Shown piece after piece: positions 50,801 to 61,560 of a stretch of DNA of 64,000 nt. Position 1 is the first letter of the stretch, and every line of letters starts with the position of its first letter. The DNA lies in the NCBI GenBank assembly GCA_002633005.1, contig NMRA01000028.1:542183-606182 (forward strand). Direction: 5' to 3'. The translations under genes and the position numbers were made by a program. The DNA comes from Phoronis australis (lineage: Eukaryota > Animalia > Phoronida). A model generated the notes under the pieces. That model was given only the letters and a program-made list of their open reading frames with translations. It did no database searches and had not been told where the DNA came from.

Positions 50801-53800
50801 AGATGGAAAATTGCTGTTGATCTTCAATGCCGTAATAGGAGATGTGGATTTGAAAACATCAAATAATTAGTGCAATCATTGTTAACATTAAGTAATGCTA
50901 GTTTGCTTTCAAGCTTCCTGTGTTTCATTCGTGACTGTCTTGAAGTGATTGACCAGTGGCCGCTATGCAGGTGAGCGCTGAATCTACCTAGTTCGCTTAT
51001 TATGGCATTGATCAGGCAGAAGTCTCATCGTCCGCTTCAAGCCGGAAAGGCATTCCCTTGCAAGTCACTAAGTAAGTCACTAACTGGAAGTCTTTTTTGA
51101 TGGCTTATATATTACAAATGCTTCACAGAAAGTACTTTGTGTGTGCATGTGTGCATTCAAAGTAGTTAATTTAGTGGTCCAATACAAAAGTGGTTTTTTG
51201 AATCCGTGCATGATGGTACATTGGTGCCTTAAGCGGTAGTTCTTGTTGGGTTGATCGAAGGAAGGTGGCTCCATTTGAATGGTCAGAAAAGTCTTGTGCA
51301 TCAGCGACCTTGGTTTGAAATTTTCTTGCATGTGCTCCCCAAAGATCAGACTTTATTTAATGTCAGCTGTAAAATTACAATTCCTCATATTATAAGGCTT
51401 AATTTTTTCCGTCTAATAGGAAGTTGAGATCCTAAGGAGGACACAACTTGCNNNNNNNNNNNNNNNNNNNNNNNNNNNNNNNNNNNNNNNNNNNNNNNNN
51501 NNNNNNNNNNNNNNNNNNNNNNNNNNNNNNNNNNNNNNNNNNNNNNNNNNNNNNNNNNNNNNNNNNNNNNNNNNNNNNNNNNNNNNNNNNNNNNNNNNNN
51601 NNNNNNNNNNNNNNNNNNNNNNNNNNNNNNNNNNNNNNNNNNNNNNNNNNNNNNNNNNNNNNNNNNNNNNNNNNNNNNNNNNNNNNNNNNNNNNNNNNNN
51701 NNNNNNNNNNNNNNNNNNNNNNNNNNNNNNNNNNNNNNNNNNNNNNNNNNNNNNNNNNNNNNNNNNNNNNNNNNNNNNNNNNNNNNNNNNNNNNNNNNNN
51801 NNNNNNNNNNNNNNNNNNNNNNNNNNNNNNNNNNNNNNNNNNNNNNNNNNNNNNNNNNNNNNNNNNNNNNNNNNNNNNNNNNNNNNNNNNNNNNNNNNNN
51901 NNNNNNNNNNNNNNNNNNNNNNNNNNNNNNNNNNNNNNNNNNNNNNNNNNNNNNNNNNNNNNNNNNNNNNNNNNNNNNNNNNNNNNNNNNNNNNNNNNNN
52001 NNNNNNNNNNNNNNNATAATCTCTGGTAAGATGGGCAATAAAAAAGCACCAGCCACGTGGAAGTACGAGAGAATGACGAAAAGGAGTGATAGAGGGAGGG
52101 AAAAATTAATAAGTTTTGGAACATATGACAATGTGGCTAGAACAAAGGTTAGCTGAAAACGAGGTTACAATAACAAAGAAAATGCCTTAGGACACGTGAC
52201 AATCATCAGCCTGTGAGAGTCAAGAGCTGACCAAACTCAAGGCAACTACAGATCAATAAGAAGGCTGGGAAAATGACGTGTAGTCGTACACAAAGGAATA
52301 ATGGAATAGACCAATATGAGGGGAAAATATGGTTGCATCACATTAAACCCCAATAGGTACCACTGGCAAGTTAGGATGTCATAACCATAATTTTTGATGG
52401 AGAAGTGTTTGTGTTATCCCTAAAATAGCATGCTGGTTGTAGTTTTGGTGTTTACTGAGGGAAGACAGTCCCTAACCAAGGCTCAGAATTAACTTTGTTG
52501 ACTGGTTGGCCTTTCTGACCACTCAAATTCAGTTCAACTTGTCCGAATTCAAGATGATGTTGTCCAAAAACTGGACCCAAAGGCAAATGAACCCTCACCG
52601 TATTTTTCACAGAATGCAAAACATCACTCCATCTTTAAACACCAACCACTGAAAAGTTTCCAATCACAGTAGCTCAAAATGCTTTCCGCTTGAGTTCATA
52701 GGCCTTGTTAGATTTAATACACTTGAAGCTGAGGACTCCCTAGAGTTTGGATCATTGGCAAGATCATAAACACATACTTAGCAATAGAAGTCTGAGACAT
52801 TGTTACATATACAAAGCAGACAGATGGAAAATTGCTGTTTATCTTCAATGCCGTAATAGGCGATGTGGATTTGAAAACATCAAATAATTAGTGCAATCAT
52901 TGTTAACATTAATTAATGCTAGTTTGCTTTCAAGCTTCCTGTGTTTCATTCGTGGCTGTCTTGAAGTGATTGACCAGTGGCCACTATGCAGGTGAGCGCT
53001 GAATCTACCTAGTTCGCTTATTATGGCATTGATCAGGCAGAAGTCTCATCATCCGCTTCAAGCCGGAAAGGCATTCCCTTGCAAGTCACTAAGTAAGTCA
53101 CTAACTGGAAGTCTTTTTTGATGGCTTATATATATTACAAATGCTTCATAGAAAGTACTTTGTGTGTGCATGTATGCATTCAAAGTAGTTAATTTAGTGG
53201 TCCAATACAAAAGTGGTTTTTTGAATCCCTGCATGATGGTACATTGGTGCCTTAAGCGGTAGTTCTTGTTGGGTTGATCGAAGGAAGGTGGCTCCATTTG
53301 AATGGTCAGAAAAGTCTTGTGCATCAGCGACCTTGGTTTGAAATTTTCTGCCATGTGCTCCCCAAAGATCAGACTTTATTTAATGTCAGCTGTAAAATTA
53401 CAATTCCTCATATTATAAGGCTTAATTTTTTCCGTCTAATAGGAAGTTGAGATCCTAAGGAGGACACAACTTGCCTTTAAGTAACCATCAGTAAGTTTTT
53501 ATTGGAACCTTAGCGGAACCCTACCTTATTTGGGCAGAAAAAAATACCGGAATGAGTTTTTTTCTGAAGCAGGCATGAATTAGTTTTTTAGCTGATACAC
53601 TTTTCAACTTTATTGCAAAAAAATGATGAAAGCATTCATGTAAGCAGCCCGTGGCCAGCTTATTATGTATATGTGTACAGTGCTTGCATTGCAAAATTGG
53701 ATTCTTTGCACAAAAGGCTGTTGGGCTATTGAACTATTACTCTATTCTAAATGGTAATCCATCGTCTACAATCCGCCCATATTTTCTTTCATTCTTGCTT

Positions 53801-54285
53801 GTTAAAGTCCCATGTCAGTTGTGGATCCCTGTAGGCATTAACCTGATAAACCGTTTGGGTTTATAACAACCTCTCACTTCTCAAAAGTTTTTGAGTTCTC
53901 TAATTTAAGGGGCCTGGGCTGTAACATGGATGAGTGGTAATCATCATCTACTGAAATTTGTGATCTTGAAATTGGCACAGTTTTGAGGTCAACATTCCCA
54001 ATGTGACAGTGTCTGAGCCAAACTGGCTAAAAACTACAGTGGTGAGTGTTGCTCTTATTTGTTTCCATATGTCACAGCAAACGCGTGCAATAAAGCACCA
54101 AAAGTGAGTCCCAATTTCTCAGGGTGTCCATGACCAATGATGCATGACTGCGTTTTTATAACCCCATGTCAACCTGAGATTGTTGTGTGGAGACTGACAT
54201 GGGTCTTCTATAGGTTATGGTTTTCTTACATCCCATCTTAAATACTTTTTGATCCTAGGCAGCCACTGCACTGTTAAGGCTGTAG
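29811..54285 (+). CDS. Uncharacterised ~819-aa basic, Ser/Thr-rich disordered protein with C-terminal short linear motifs (gene model)
   Basis: Exons 29811-29813 (ATG), 34080-36428, 47799-47818, 53981-54041 and 54259-54285 (TAG); phases 0,0,2,0 join in frame. C-terminus ...EETG-QLSGIRSFEVNIPNVTVSEPNWLKTTV-AATALLRL*. Additional exons between 36428 and 47799 are possible. Confidence 0.5.
29935..30007. mobile_element. Minimal ~73-bp derivative of the 30571-31267 element
   Basis: TAGGCAATTACATCG...CCAACCGAGGGGCTAC..TGTTGCCTA; near-TSD AGCCAGGCT/AGCCAGGCC, the left copy offset by 5 bp. Confidence 0.55.
30362..30477. mobile_element. 116-bp palindromic MITE, Merlin-like (GG termini, 8-bp TSD)
   Basis: TIR GGCACTAGTCGGATAT(A)ATGGACCCTGA.TTAGAGAACCAG (~41 bp); perfect TSD ATGTCCAA at 30354-30361 and 30478-30485. 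Confidence 0.75.
30571..31267. mobile_element. ~700-bp non-autonomous DNA transposon with a 9-bp TSD (MULE-like)
   Basis: Termini TAGGCAA...TTGCCCA; perfect TSD ACTTCCAGT at 30562-30570 and 31268-31276. Confidence 0.7.
31720..32069. repeat. 64-bp minisatellite, ~5.4 copies
   Basis: Unit ggtgccccaaagtgtatgtacacaaagtaacagttacggtctactaaagtgtaggtagagaaat recurs at 31728, 31792, 31856, 31920, 31984 and 32048. Confidence 0.9.
32343..32948. mobile_element. Non-autonomous DNA transposon with a 5-bp TSD (spans an N gap)
   Basis: 15-bp TIR CATGCGCGCACCCAG; TSD ATTTG on both sides. Confidence 0.7.
33548..33696. mobile_element. 149-bp GC-rich MITE with a 5-bp TSD
   Basis: CATGGGC...GCCCATG; TSD TATGT on both sides; inserted in a ~45-bp tandem repeat (33440-33547). 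Confidence 0.8.
34080..36428 (+). CDS. Large 2349-nt internal exon (783 codons) of the disordered protein
   Basis: Longest ORF in the window; acceptor tttttgtcatttcag at 34079, donor GGG|GTAAGT at 36429. Confidence 0.85.
37142..38459 (-). mobile_element. Kolobok-type DNA transposon deletion derivative with ~310-bp TIRs and a disrupted THAP-transposase N-terminus
   Basis: TTAA TSD (37138-41, 38460-63) and AGG...CCT termini. - strand from ATG 38193: MPRCCCVPEC...RFTKDDTLRRTW...VCGKHF...RLKKGTTPSL (THAP), then EPKF.KFIV...RC...LGAQITLKWEC. Confidence 0.85.
38773..40035. mobile_element. hAT-like non-autonomous element
   Basis: TIR CAGGGATATAC / GTATATCCCTG with subterminal (c)tcgcc/ttgcc repeats; no clear TSD. 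Confidence 0.6.
41473..42907 (-). mobile_element. ISL2EU/Harbinger-like non-autonomous element, copy 1
   Basis: AT|AGAC...GTCT|AT termini; collinear homology to 58176-60154. Confidence 0.65.
43195..44580. mobile_element. PIF/Harbinger (Tourist-like) non-autonomous element
   Basis: 31-bp perfect TIR GGCCCGGTCTCCAATCTCCGTACTCAGACTC; 3-bp TSD CAG; subterminal arrays of TACTC/GAGTA. Confidence 0.8.
45077..47784. repeat. Near-identical tandem duplication across a single N (probable haplotype overlap)
   Basis: 45077-46384 vs 46386-47784, N at 46385. Confidence 0.8.
46386..46507. repeat. 36-bp tandem repeat, ~3.4 copies
   Basis: gtcagtgtgcagtctttacaacactgtactggcttg repeated head to tail. Confidence 0.85.
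48451..49936. mobile_element. Tc1/mariner (pogo/Tigger-like) non-autonomous element
   Basis: TA TSD; TIR C(C/A)GTATTCGCCCTAATAAGC; internal 46-bp duplication at ~49590-49692. Confidence 0.75.
49985..53474. repeat. Near-identical duplication across an N gap (probable haplotype overlap)
   Basis: 49985-51451 vs 52016-53474, gap 51452-52015. Confidence 0.8.
53981..54041 (+). CDS. Candidate exon (FEVNIPNVTVSEPNWLKTTV)
   Basis: Acceptor cacag, donor GTGAGT; phase-2 start matches micro-exon 47799-47818 (aacag / GTGAGT). Confidence 0.45.
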
Positions 54286-57200
54286 TTAGCAAGTTAAAAG
54301 AGACACAACTACTGGTTCTTACGGTGTTTCTTACTTTCAATATTTGGTACGGGTGTCCATGTGTAATAGGGCCTTCAAGTGCTGAACATGGTGTCCTAGC
54401 TAGGCTGCCTACATTTAAGTTGGGATGTAAAAGTAAGAACCCTAAAATTTGAGATACTCGAAATCTAGAAGAGAAACTCAGTTGCATGGACATTACAAAA
54501 TCAGTAAACCAGGAAATGTGGAATATGATTCAAGCCGTTAAACACTCAAAACTGGCATCATGCGGCAAATGTATTATGTTTTCGAAAGGATTTCAGTTAT
54601 TCGTTTAATCATTGAATCATAGGTAACTTTCCATTAAATTGTGCGAATTTCAAGTTTTTGCCAGAGGTGCCTCTGTTTACTCTTGCTGTATTGGAAAATA
54701 CTACTTCTGTGATACCCACTTTTTGCAGATAGTAAAAAATTAAAACTGTCCAACTCCGCGAAGCACAATTTTCCTGCTATTGCTGCAGTGAGAAATTCCT
54801 TAGCAAAGGCTGTGTAACAGAGGGGGCTTTGGTGAACATTGCTGAGGAGTCATTTGTGTACTGTCCATCCTGTTTGCTATCTTAGATTTCAGATAGAGAA
54901 ATGTGTTGAAAGTGTAGACTAGCAAAGTTCACAGGCAAGTTAAATCTCCCGACAGCTGGCAATGCAAACTCAAGTTGGCGTTTCAGCAGAAACTATGCAA
55001 TTTGCTAGTCTGGAAAAAATGCCAGCTTTCCACTGAGACTGGCTTTTTTACAAAAAGAAATTTGAGTAGAATGAAACCAATTGCTAAAAACAAGGCAATT
55101 CAACTAACATAAGTCAGGTTTAAAAGTCAGCAAATTAGTTTGGATTCTATGTAATTTTGGCTGTACTGATGCAATGGAATGCTGTAAGTAAGGGAGGGCA
55201 TCTGTAAATTCAGTCGTGGGCTTTACAATTATACTCCATTACTTTGTTGATCATGTCAGTCTAATCATCATTCATGCCATCATTTATGGAAAAGGCGTTT
55301 GGTCATTTATCATAACGCAGTGATAAGACGTAATGAATTATGAAGAGTGATGATAAACCTTGCGTGAAAATTATTCCAACTGCTCATCAACCATTTATAT
55401 CACATTCCATTCATATGAATGTATAGAAATTATTGATAGCAATCCTTGTAAAAATCTTATTTTAGATTATGATCAGCCGAAATTGTCCATAACTTCAGTA
55501 AACAACAACAGAATGGCACCTTGATCAGATTATGTCAACAAACTGTAAAACATACTGTTATACTGTTGTAACTGTTGCCCCACAGACTGTCTGTAAATGT
55601 AAATGTCCTTTCTGTTTTGAGTTTTCCTGATTTGATTAATTGCTATTGCTAATTAGGTGCCATGTCCATAAAATTCTGTGCGTATCTTTCCTAGTTTATT
55701 TCAGTGATTTTCAGACTGAAGTTAGATTGACAGCGGGGATACACCTACTCTCAAAATACGCTGATACGGGTCAATACTTCAGTAGGTGAAGTGAACTGGA
55801 GCATTGTCAAAAGATAAAGTGTGAAGCACTCTGAGCTGAAAGATTAACAAGTGGTATAGTGCAGGTTTAATTGAGCAAGAGGAGGCCTGTCTATTGGATC
55901 AACTGTGTTTTGGTGATGAAATGTGAGGCTTGCAGCCAGCTCGTCTGTCTGAACCATAGCAATCTTGTCTTTACCTAGGTTTTGTGTGTTGGGAGATGAC
56001 TTAGTAAGGTGAAATGGAGGAGGTGAGGTTGTGACGGTCTTACTTGGACTGACAAGATTTGGAGCAAGTTTGTGTAAAGCAGGAAGGATATTGAGTAGCC
56101 TTGGTACAAAGCAGTATACTAAATATTTTTTGACGATGGCATTCATGCAGCTTACTGGTAGGCCTGAGATATTGAGGTACATGACGATGTTTATGCACCA
56201 TGAAAAAATATGATTTTAAAGAATTTATGGAAATATGGGTGAAGACATGATATTTTAATGGATGTTTGTGACCATAATTTTATTTCTGTATTGATACTAT
56301 ATTACTTTCACTGAAGAATAAGATTTTTCCTACTTTTCACCTCGTTCAGCTAAAAATGAAAAAACATAATTAGACCTTTTACTCTGGTAGGACTTCATTT
56401 GCTTTACTAGTGACTTGAGTAGGTAAATGGACGAGAAAACTAACATGGTAAGGAACATTATAAGACCAAATTTATGCGATTAAAATTCCTAACTCAATTG
56501 TTATTTTTGCCAATCACACAGGTTGAAATACAACTTTAAATGTTATATTTTTGTAGCAATAGTCTTTGATTTCTTGCCCTGTGTATGGTGTTGCCTTATT
56601 TATTTTAACATTATCCGCTATATTTGCAATCATTACCTTACGCTTTTGTTTCAGAAAATAAAATGGGTCAGGTTTGCAATGCAAAAGTTTCAAATGTTGA
56701 TTGTCAATTAGTCCAAATATTTGATTACCAACTTTATGCAAATATTTGATGATCGTTCCTTTACTTTGTTTGACTTGAACAGTTTATTTCTTTAATCAAT
56801 GTTTTATGCTGTATGATGTATTCAGTATAGGCAGGGTGTGAGTGATTGAGTTTTAAACAGTTTGGGGTCACTTTATAAATTCAGTATTCACACTAGGGCA
56901 ACTGGTCTTATCACCCCCTTTCATTGACTCATTCACATGGACTGTTTACCTGGTTATTAAACTTGAACTTGATTTATTAATGCCTGAGCTGTTTATGTAT
57001 CAGGCATCTGAGGACAAACTTCATGCAGTCTGGCCACAAAACTGGTGTTGTCTCTTTGGAGAACTTGTCATTGTACACTGAAGTAGCTACTGAGACATAG
57101 CAGTGAAGCCTCTCACTTGCTCAGTTTGTTTTCTTTTTGGTAAGTTAATTCTGGTTGGGTTTTGTGGACATGTATCATACGTGGACAGTAGTCCATGAAC

Positions 57201-58175
57201 CAGAGACATTAGCTATGTACTTGGGTGGAGGAATCTGCTTAAAGAATAGAAACAGTGAATTCTGACCCATGATACTTCTGAAATTTTTTGCGACCACCGG
57301 AATTTGAGGCCCAATGTGAATGGTGATTTAAATCGTCGTAAATTTAGAATGGTATTAAAGTTTGAATGCTCAGAAAGACGGGATTAGTGCGTAGACTTAG
57401 GTTTAGACCAGATTATTTTCATGACCAGTCTGTTCGATCTAATTGTTCTGTCTGGGGTCTGCTTGTGTTCAGTTTGTTTGCGCCTTTGCGGTTCTGAACC
57501 TAACAGTTGCAGAAATGAAATTTATAGCTTAGACCATTATGTAAAAATCATCTGTGGCGAATTTGCCTCTCATTTTTATTTTGTTTTTCTTGCTAACAAG
57601 TCTTACGTTCATAGTAGAAGGGGTTATCAAGCACAAGCTAGCAAATATATCTCACCATCAAGACTTTAGACTGCCATGAACAGCTGTATTCCTCAGAATG
57701 TTTAGCTACGTTAGATCGCTACTAGGGCCAGTGTGCGGTTGTGTATTCATGACAATTCCTGGCCTTCATCTCTATTGATAGAAGGGTTTGATGACAGATA
57801 TAGATATCTTCTTTTAGTATATGCACAATTCCGTGATAAGGTCCACCTCAAGACAAAAAATTAAGAACATGACTACTAACATTTCTGGTCTCATTTGAAA
57901 GCCCAGTCTCTCTAATTTCAGGATCCGTATTTGACTATCCTATAACTCAATTATTTGCCTAAATGGCCCCATTTTTGGAGGTCACTTGACTCTAAAAAAT
58001 TAGCTCGATTTTCATGTGTGTTGCTAGTTATTGCCAAAAGTAAGCCAGATTACGGGTATTTCACTATATCATCAAATTTGTGCAATCACATGAAGCCCAA
58101 ACTTTATAAAAATAACGTTTCAACTTTGGCACATCATTGACCTCTTGGGGTCAAAGACCAACTCCTGGATATCAT

Positions 58176-60154
58176 AGACTCTATTTACGCAGCGGACATT
58201 AAAATCCAAAGCGAGGCTCACTGCGGTAAACAAAGCGGAAATTTACATTGCGTCGGTCTTTGGAGTCCAACCTGAATATTAAATCTTAAAAAATGTGTCA
58301 ATAATTAACTACAGCGACGTAGGAAAATACAGTTAAAGAACAAGTCAATGCACCAAAGAGTTGTCTGACGAAAGGATATATTTTTTTCCGGAAAACTAGG
58401 TTCGAAACATGAAAAGTAAACATGACCAAATTTGCTGCGATCGTAGTGTTACGGATTAGGTATCATGCTGAATGTAGGGTTACGTTTCTTCAAATAAATT
58501 CTTGATAAAAATGCTTTCTACACGAACCAGGTCATCTGGTCGTATTGCTGACGAGATATATTCGACAGTGGTGGCTCATAGCATTTTGCTGTCATGTGCA
58601 ATTAGTCTCATCTGGTTTAATTTGTTGATCAAGAGTAGGCCTATTAGCTTCAAGCATAGCCTAGGTCCTGTGAGGCACTACCGGGACTAACAGTTGATTT
58701 GTCATTGATCTGAAATAATACTTGATGTTATTAAATATATATTTTGATTACGATAAAAAAGTACACTCGCGACTGAAAATAAAAATTATATGACCATCAA
58801 TTCTGCTTTCTTGGTTTTAATAATTATGTCTATTTCATGTGTTATATTTTTCAAATATCAATCTCGACTAAGTTGAATTTTAAAATTAAAACACCTAATT
58901 CTTTCGTCCAAAGCATAACCTCGTTTAGAGCTCAATTTCAGTTAACTGGACAGAAAACAGTGGCGGATTTAGAGGGGAGCCAAGGGGCTATGCCCCAGCC
59001 CCCCTAAAATTCTCCCAGATTCCATTTGGCAGTTCAGGAGCGCGAATTTTTGACGGGCAAAATCCTGGCTAATACTCTGCCTTGCCCCCCCCCCCCCAAC
59101 TCAAAGTCCTGGATCCCCTGGAACAAGCATAGTTATCATGTTTCTTCAGAGGCCTCGTTCATATCCGAGGGGAAAGGTGCTTCATGTGTGTGCGGCCTTC
59201 TGAGGGGGAACGTTTCGCCGAGTGACGGGTCAGTGAAAACTCTACTGACCTCCCGATCACCATCAATAGTACCCCGCCCTTTTGCAAGCTCTCATAGCTC
59301 TGTCTCAAGTAGCATTTTCAGTGGCTGATCTAGGATACCATATAGGCCTAGTGAGGGGGGCCCGACATCCTCGGAGAAGCGGGCAAAGCGTGATTGCATG
59401 CACGCAGGCGGCCGTAAGTTGCGGGCGCCTATGATGTATACCTTCTGCTCAGGAAATCTGTCGTTGGACTAAAAAAAATAAAACTGAACGTGTTTTCCCC
59501 CCTCGTCCGCTACTGGTCCTAGCTCGAACTCAGTACAAGTTTCCTCCCGCTTCACGTTTTGCTGGTTTATTTTGCTTGCGGCAGTCAAATGGGGGGCGGG
59601 CCCCTGACCCCCTCTAAATCCGCCTATGATTTTGTACTTTTTCAAATTGTCACCTCTGTGGTCACAGGTGATTTGAACCGTTGGAGAGAAATTTTCAATC
59701 ACAAAGGTGATTTTTAGGCCTCGTGGCCAGGAATTTCGCGTGATTTTTCAATATTTTTGAGAGGGGAATAGGGCCGATATTTGGCCCCAAAATTGAGGGC
59801 CCTGTCCTTTTTGTAAAGAAAATGCATCGCGCTTCAACCCATAGTCATGAAAACACAGCCTGGCTGGCCGAAGATTCTCCGGTCCTCATTGCTATGGCGG
59901 CATCCAGTCCGAGATGCGACAAATTAGGATTCAAAAACAGTTATAAATTTTACACAGACATTTTCCTTCGTCGCGGCGTATGGCAAGGACCCAACGCTTC
60001 CGAATCCCAACGTCCTTAGGGATTATAAAACAGAGTGTCCGTATTTTTTCTAGCTGTTCGAGCAACGCGGAGTACAACTTCGCGGATAAGCCAACAGAGC
60101 TATCGTAGCGAGCCTCGTTTTGGAACACGCCATCTGTCGGCGTGAATAGGGTCT
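58176..60154 (-). mobile_element. ISL2EU/Harbinger-like element, copy 2, with a THAP remnant and nested GC-rich MITEs
   Basis: TIR AGAC(T/C)CTATT(T/C)ACGC with AT TSD. - strand FIIPKDVGIRKRWVLAIRRDEGK is THAP-like. Insertions absent from copy 1 at ~58958-59120, ~59319-59515 and ~59516-59628. Confidence 0.7.
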
Positions 60155-60779
60155 ATGGAGCCATTCGTCCGTCACAAAAAAGTGCTAAAAAGTTTAGTTA
60201 CTTTAAAATTTTTAATTCAAAATTAAAATAATTCTAGATTCTTTTTTAACTTGTTACTCAATACTATTGACCAAAATTTTAGATCCGAGGGATTATTTGT
60301 TAAGTCAGAAATTGTGTGACAGACGTACAGCAAATTTGTAGGTCCGTCACGTACGTAAACTTGCTGAAGATGAAATGTATCTCACATCTGAGAACCTTGA
60401 AACGATTAAATATAACACAAAGACAGCTTTAAAATCAAGTAATTAAAGTTGCTACAGATTTAAACTTGCTGCATTGGTCTTTTGCAATCTCAAAAGTATA
60501 TGCAAAAAAGTTCAAAAAATAGTTCACAATGTCATCTAGTTGTTATTATTAGAATTCAGCTTATTAAAACAAGGTACTTATGACAGAGGATTGGTCCTGA
60601 AAAGCTACGTTATGAGAAAAAATTCAATATTCAGGTGGTGACTTGAAGCAATTGATTTGTCAGAAAGCAAAAGTGGTGTTCGATCCTTGTAACTTGCTCA
60701 TGAAATGAATGTTTACATCAGTTTGATTATCCATGATTGATATACTTCTTTATCAGGGAGGTTTTACTCTAATGTAAGT

Positions 60780-61560
60780 GTAAGGTAACTCCAGACTTTC
60801 AGATTCGACATACATGTCTGTGGAGCATGCCAGCAAATTATTTGGCATGCAAATTACTGGTTTCAGCTCTTCAACTACAGGTTTAGACAGTATTCTGGCC
60901 AAGTATGTCAAGGGTGCTGCTGGGGTCATCGATGAACTTTTCATTATCTTCTGGTATAATTTAAAGTGGGCAAGAGTGTTTCTCTTATACAAAAAGAATT
61001 CAAAAACTGATGTCAGTAATTGCAGACCAGTTTCAAGTTGAAGTGTGATGTCTAAGGTTTTGACAGAGTAGTATTTAACCAATTGTGTGTATATCTAGTC
61101 AATTCCAACCTGTTATGTGCATTTCAATTAGGGGTTTGACAATCATGTTCCACTGACACGTGTATTGTCCAGCCTACTGATTACATAGCGTTTAAAATTG
61201 ACAGTGAAAATCTTGTGGGAATAGTTTTGTATACTTAGAAAAAGCTTTTGATTCTGTCAATCACAACATAATCATTGGAAAATTGGATGCAATTGGTCTG
61301 AATAACCTCGCTTCACGTCAGTATTCGACAGAAACAGCTCGTTGATCTTCATGGAGAAAAATGCTGTTTTGAGATGATAAGTTGTGAAGTATTACAAGGA
61401 TCCATCCTTGATTGGGCCACTTGTCAATGATCTGGAATTGATCATTACATGTAAACTATTGTAAACTGATCTGTAACTCTTTCTGATCTCTAGTAAGACG
61501 CATAGTGATATGAAAATGTTTCAATGGCAGATGAACTCAAAGCTGAATTTCAACCTGTTT
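60780..61560 (+). pseudogene. Decayed CR1/L2-type LINE reverse-transcriptase fragment (duplicated at 62399-62990)
   Basis: Frameshifted motifs TGLDSI.AKYVK, ARV..LYKKNSKTDV.N.RPVS, STDT, KAFDSVNH, V.QGSIL.GP. Confidence 0.8.

Noticed and set aside
50454-51451. hAT transposase relic (KTFLTIQMEPPSFDQ next to a caaggctcagaattaac terminus)
   Set aside because: The resemblance to a hAT dimerisation region is too weak and fragmentary to support, and no partner TIR or TSD was found.
51385-52131. Long ORFs spanning N runs (also 32326-32665)
   Set aside because: Artefacts of translating assembly gaps.
54286-57800. Short ORFs (54215, 55844, 56031, 56523, 57421) as genes
   Set aside because: No motifs or consistent splice pattern; the region may be 3' UTR or intergenic sequence after the stop at 54285.
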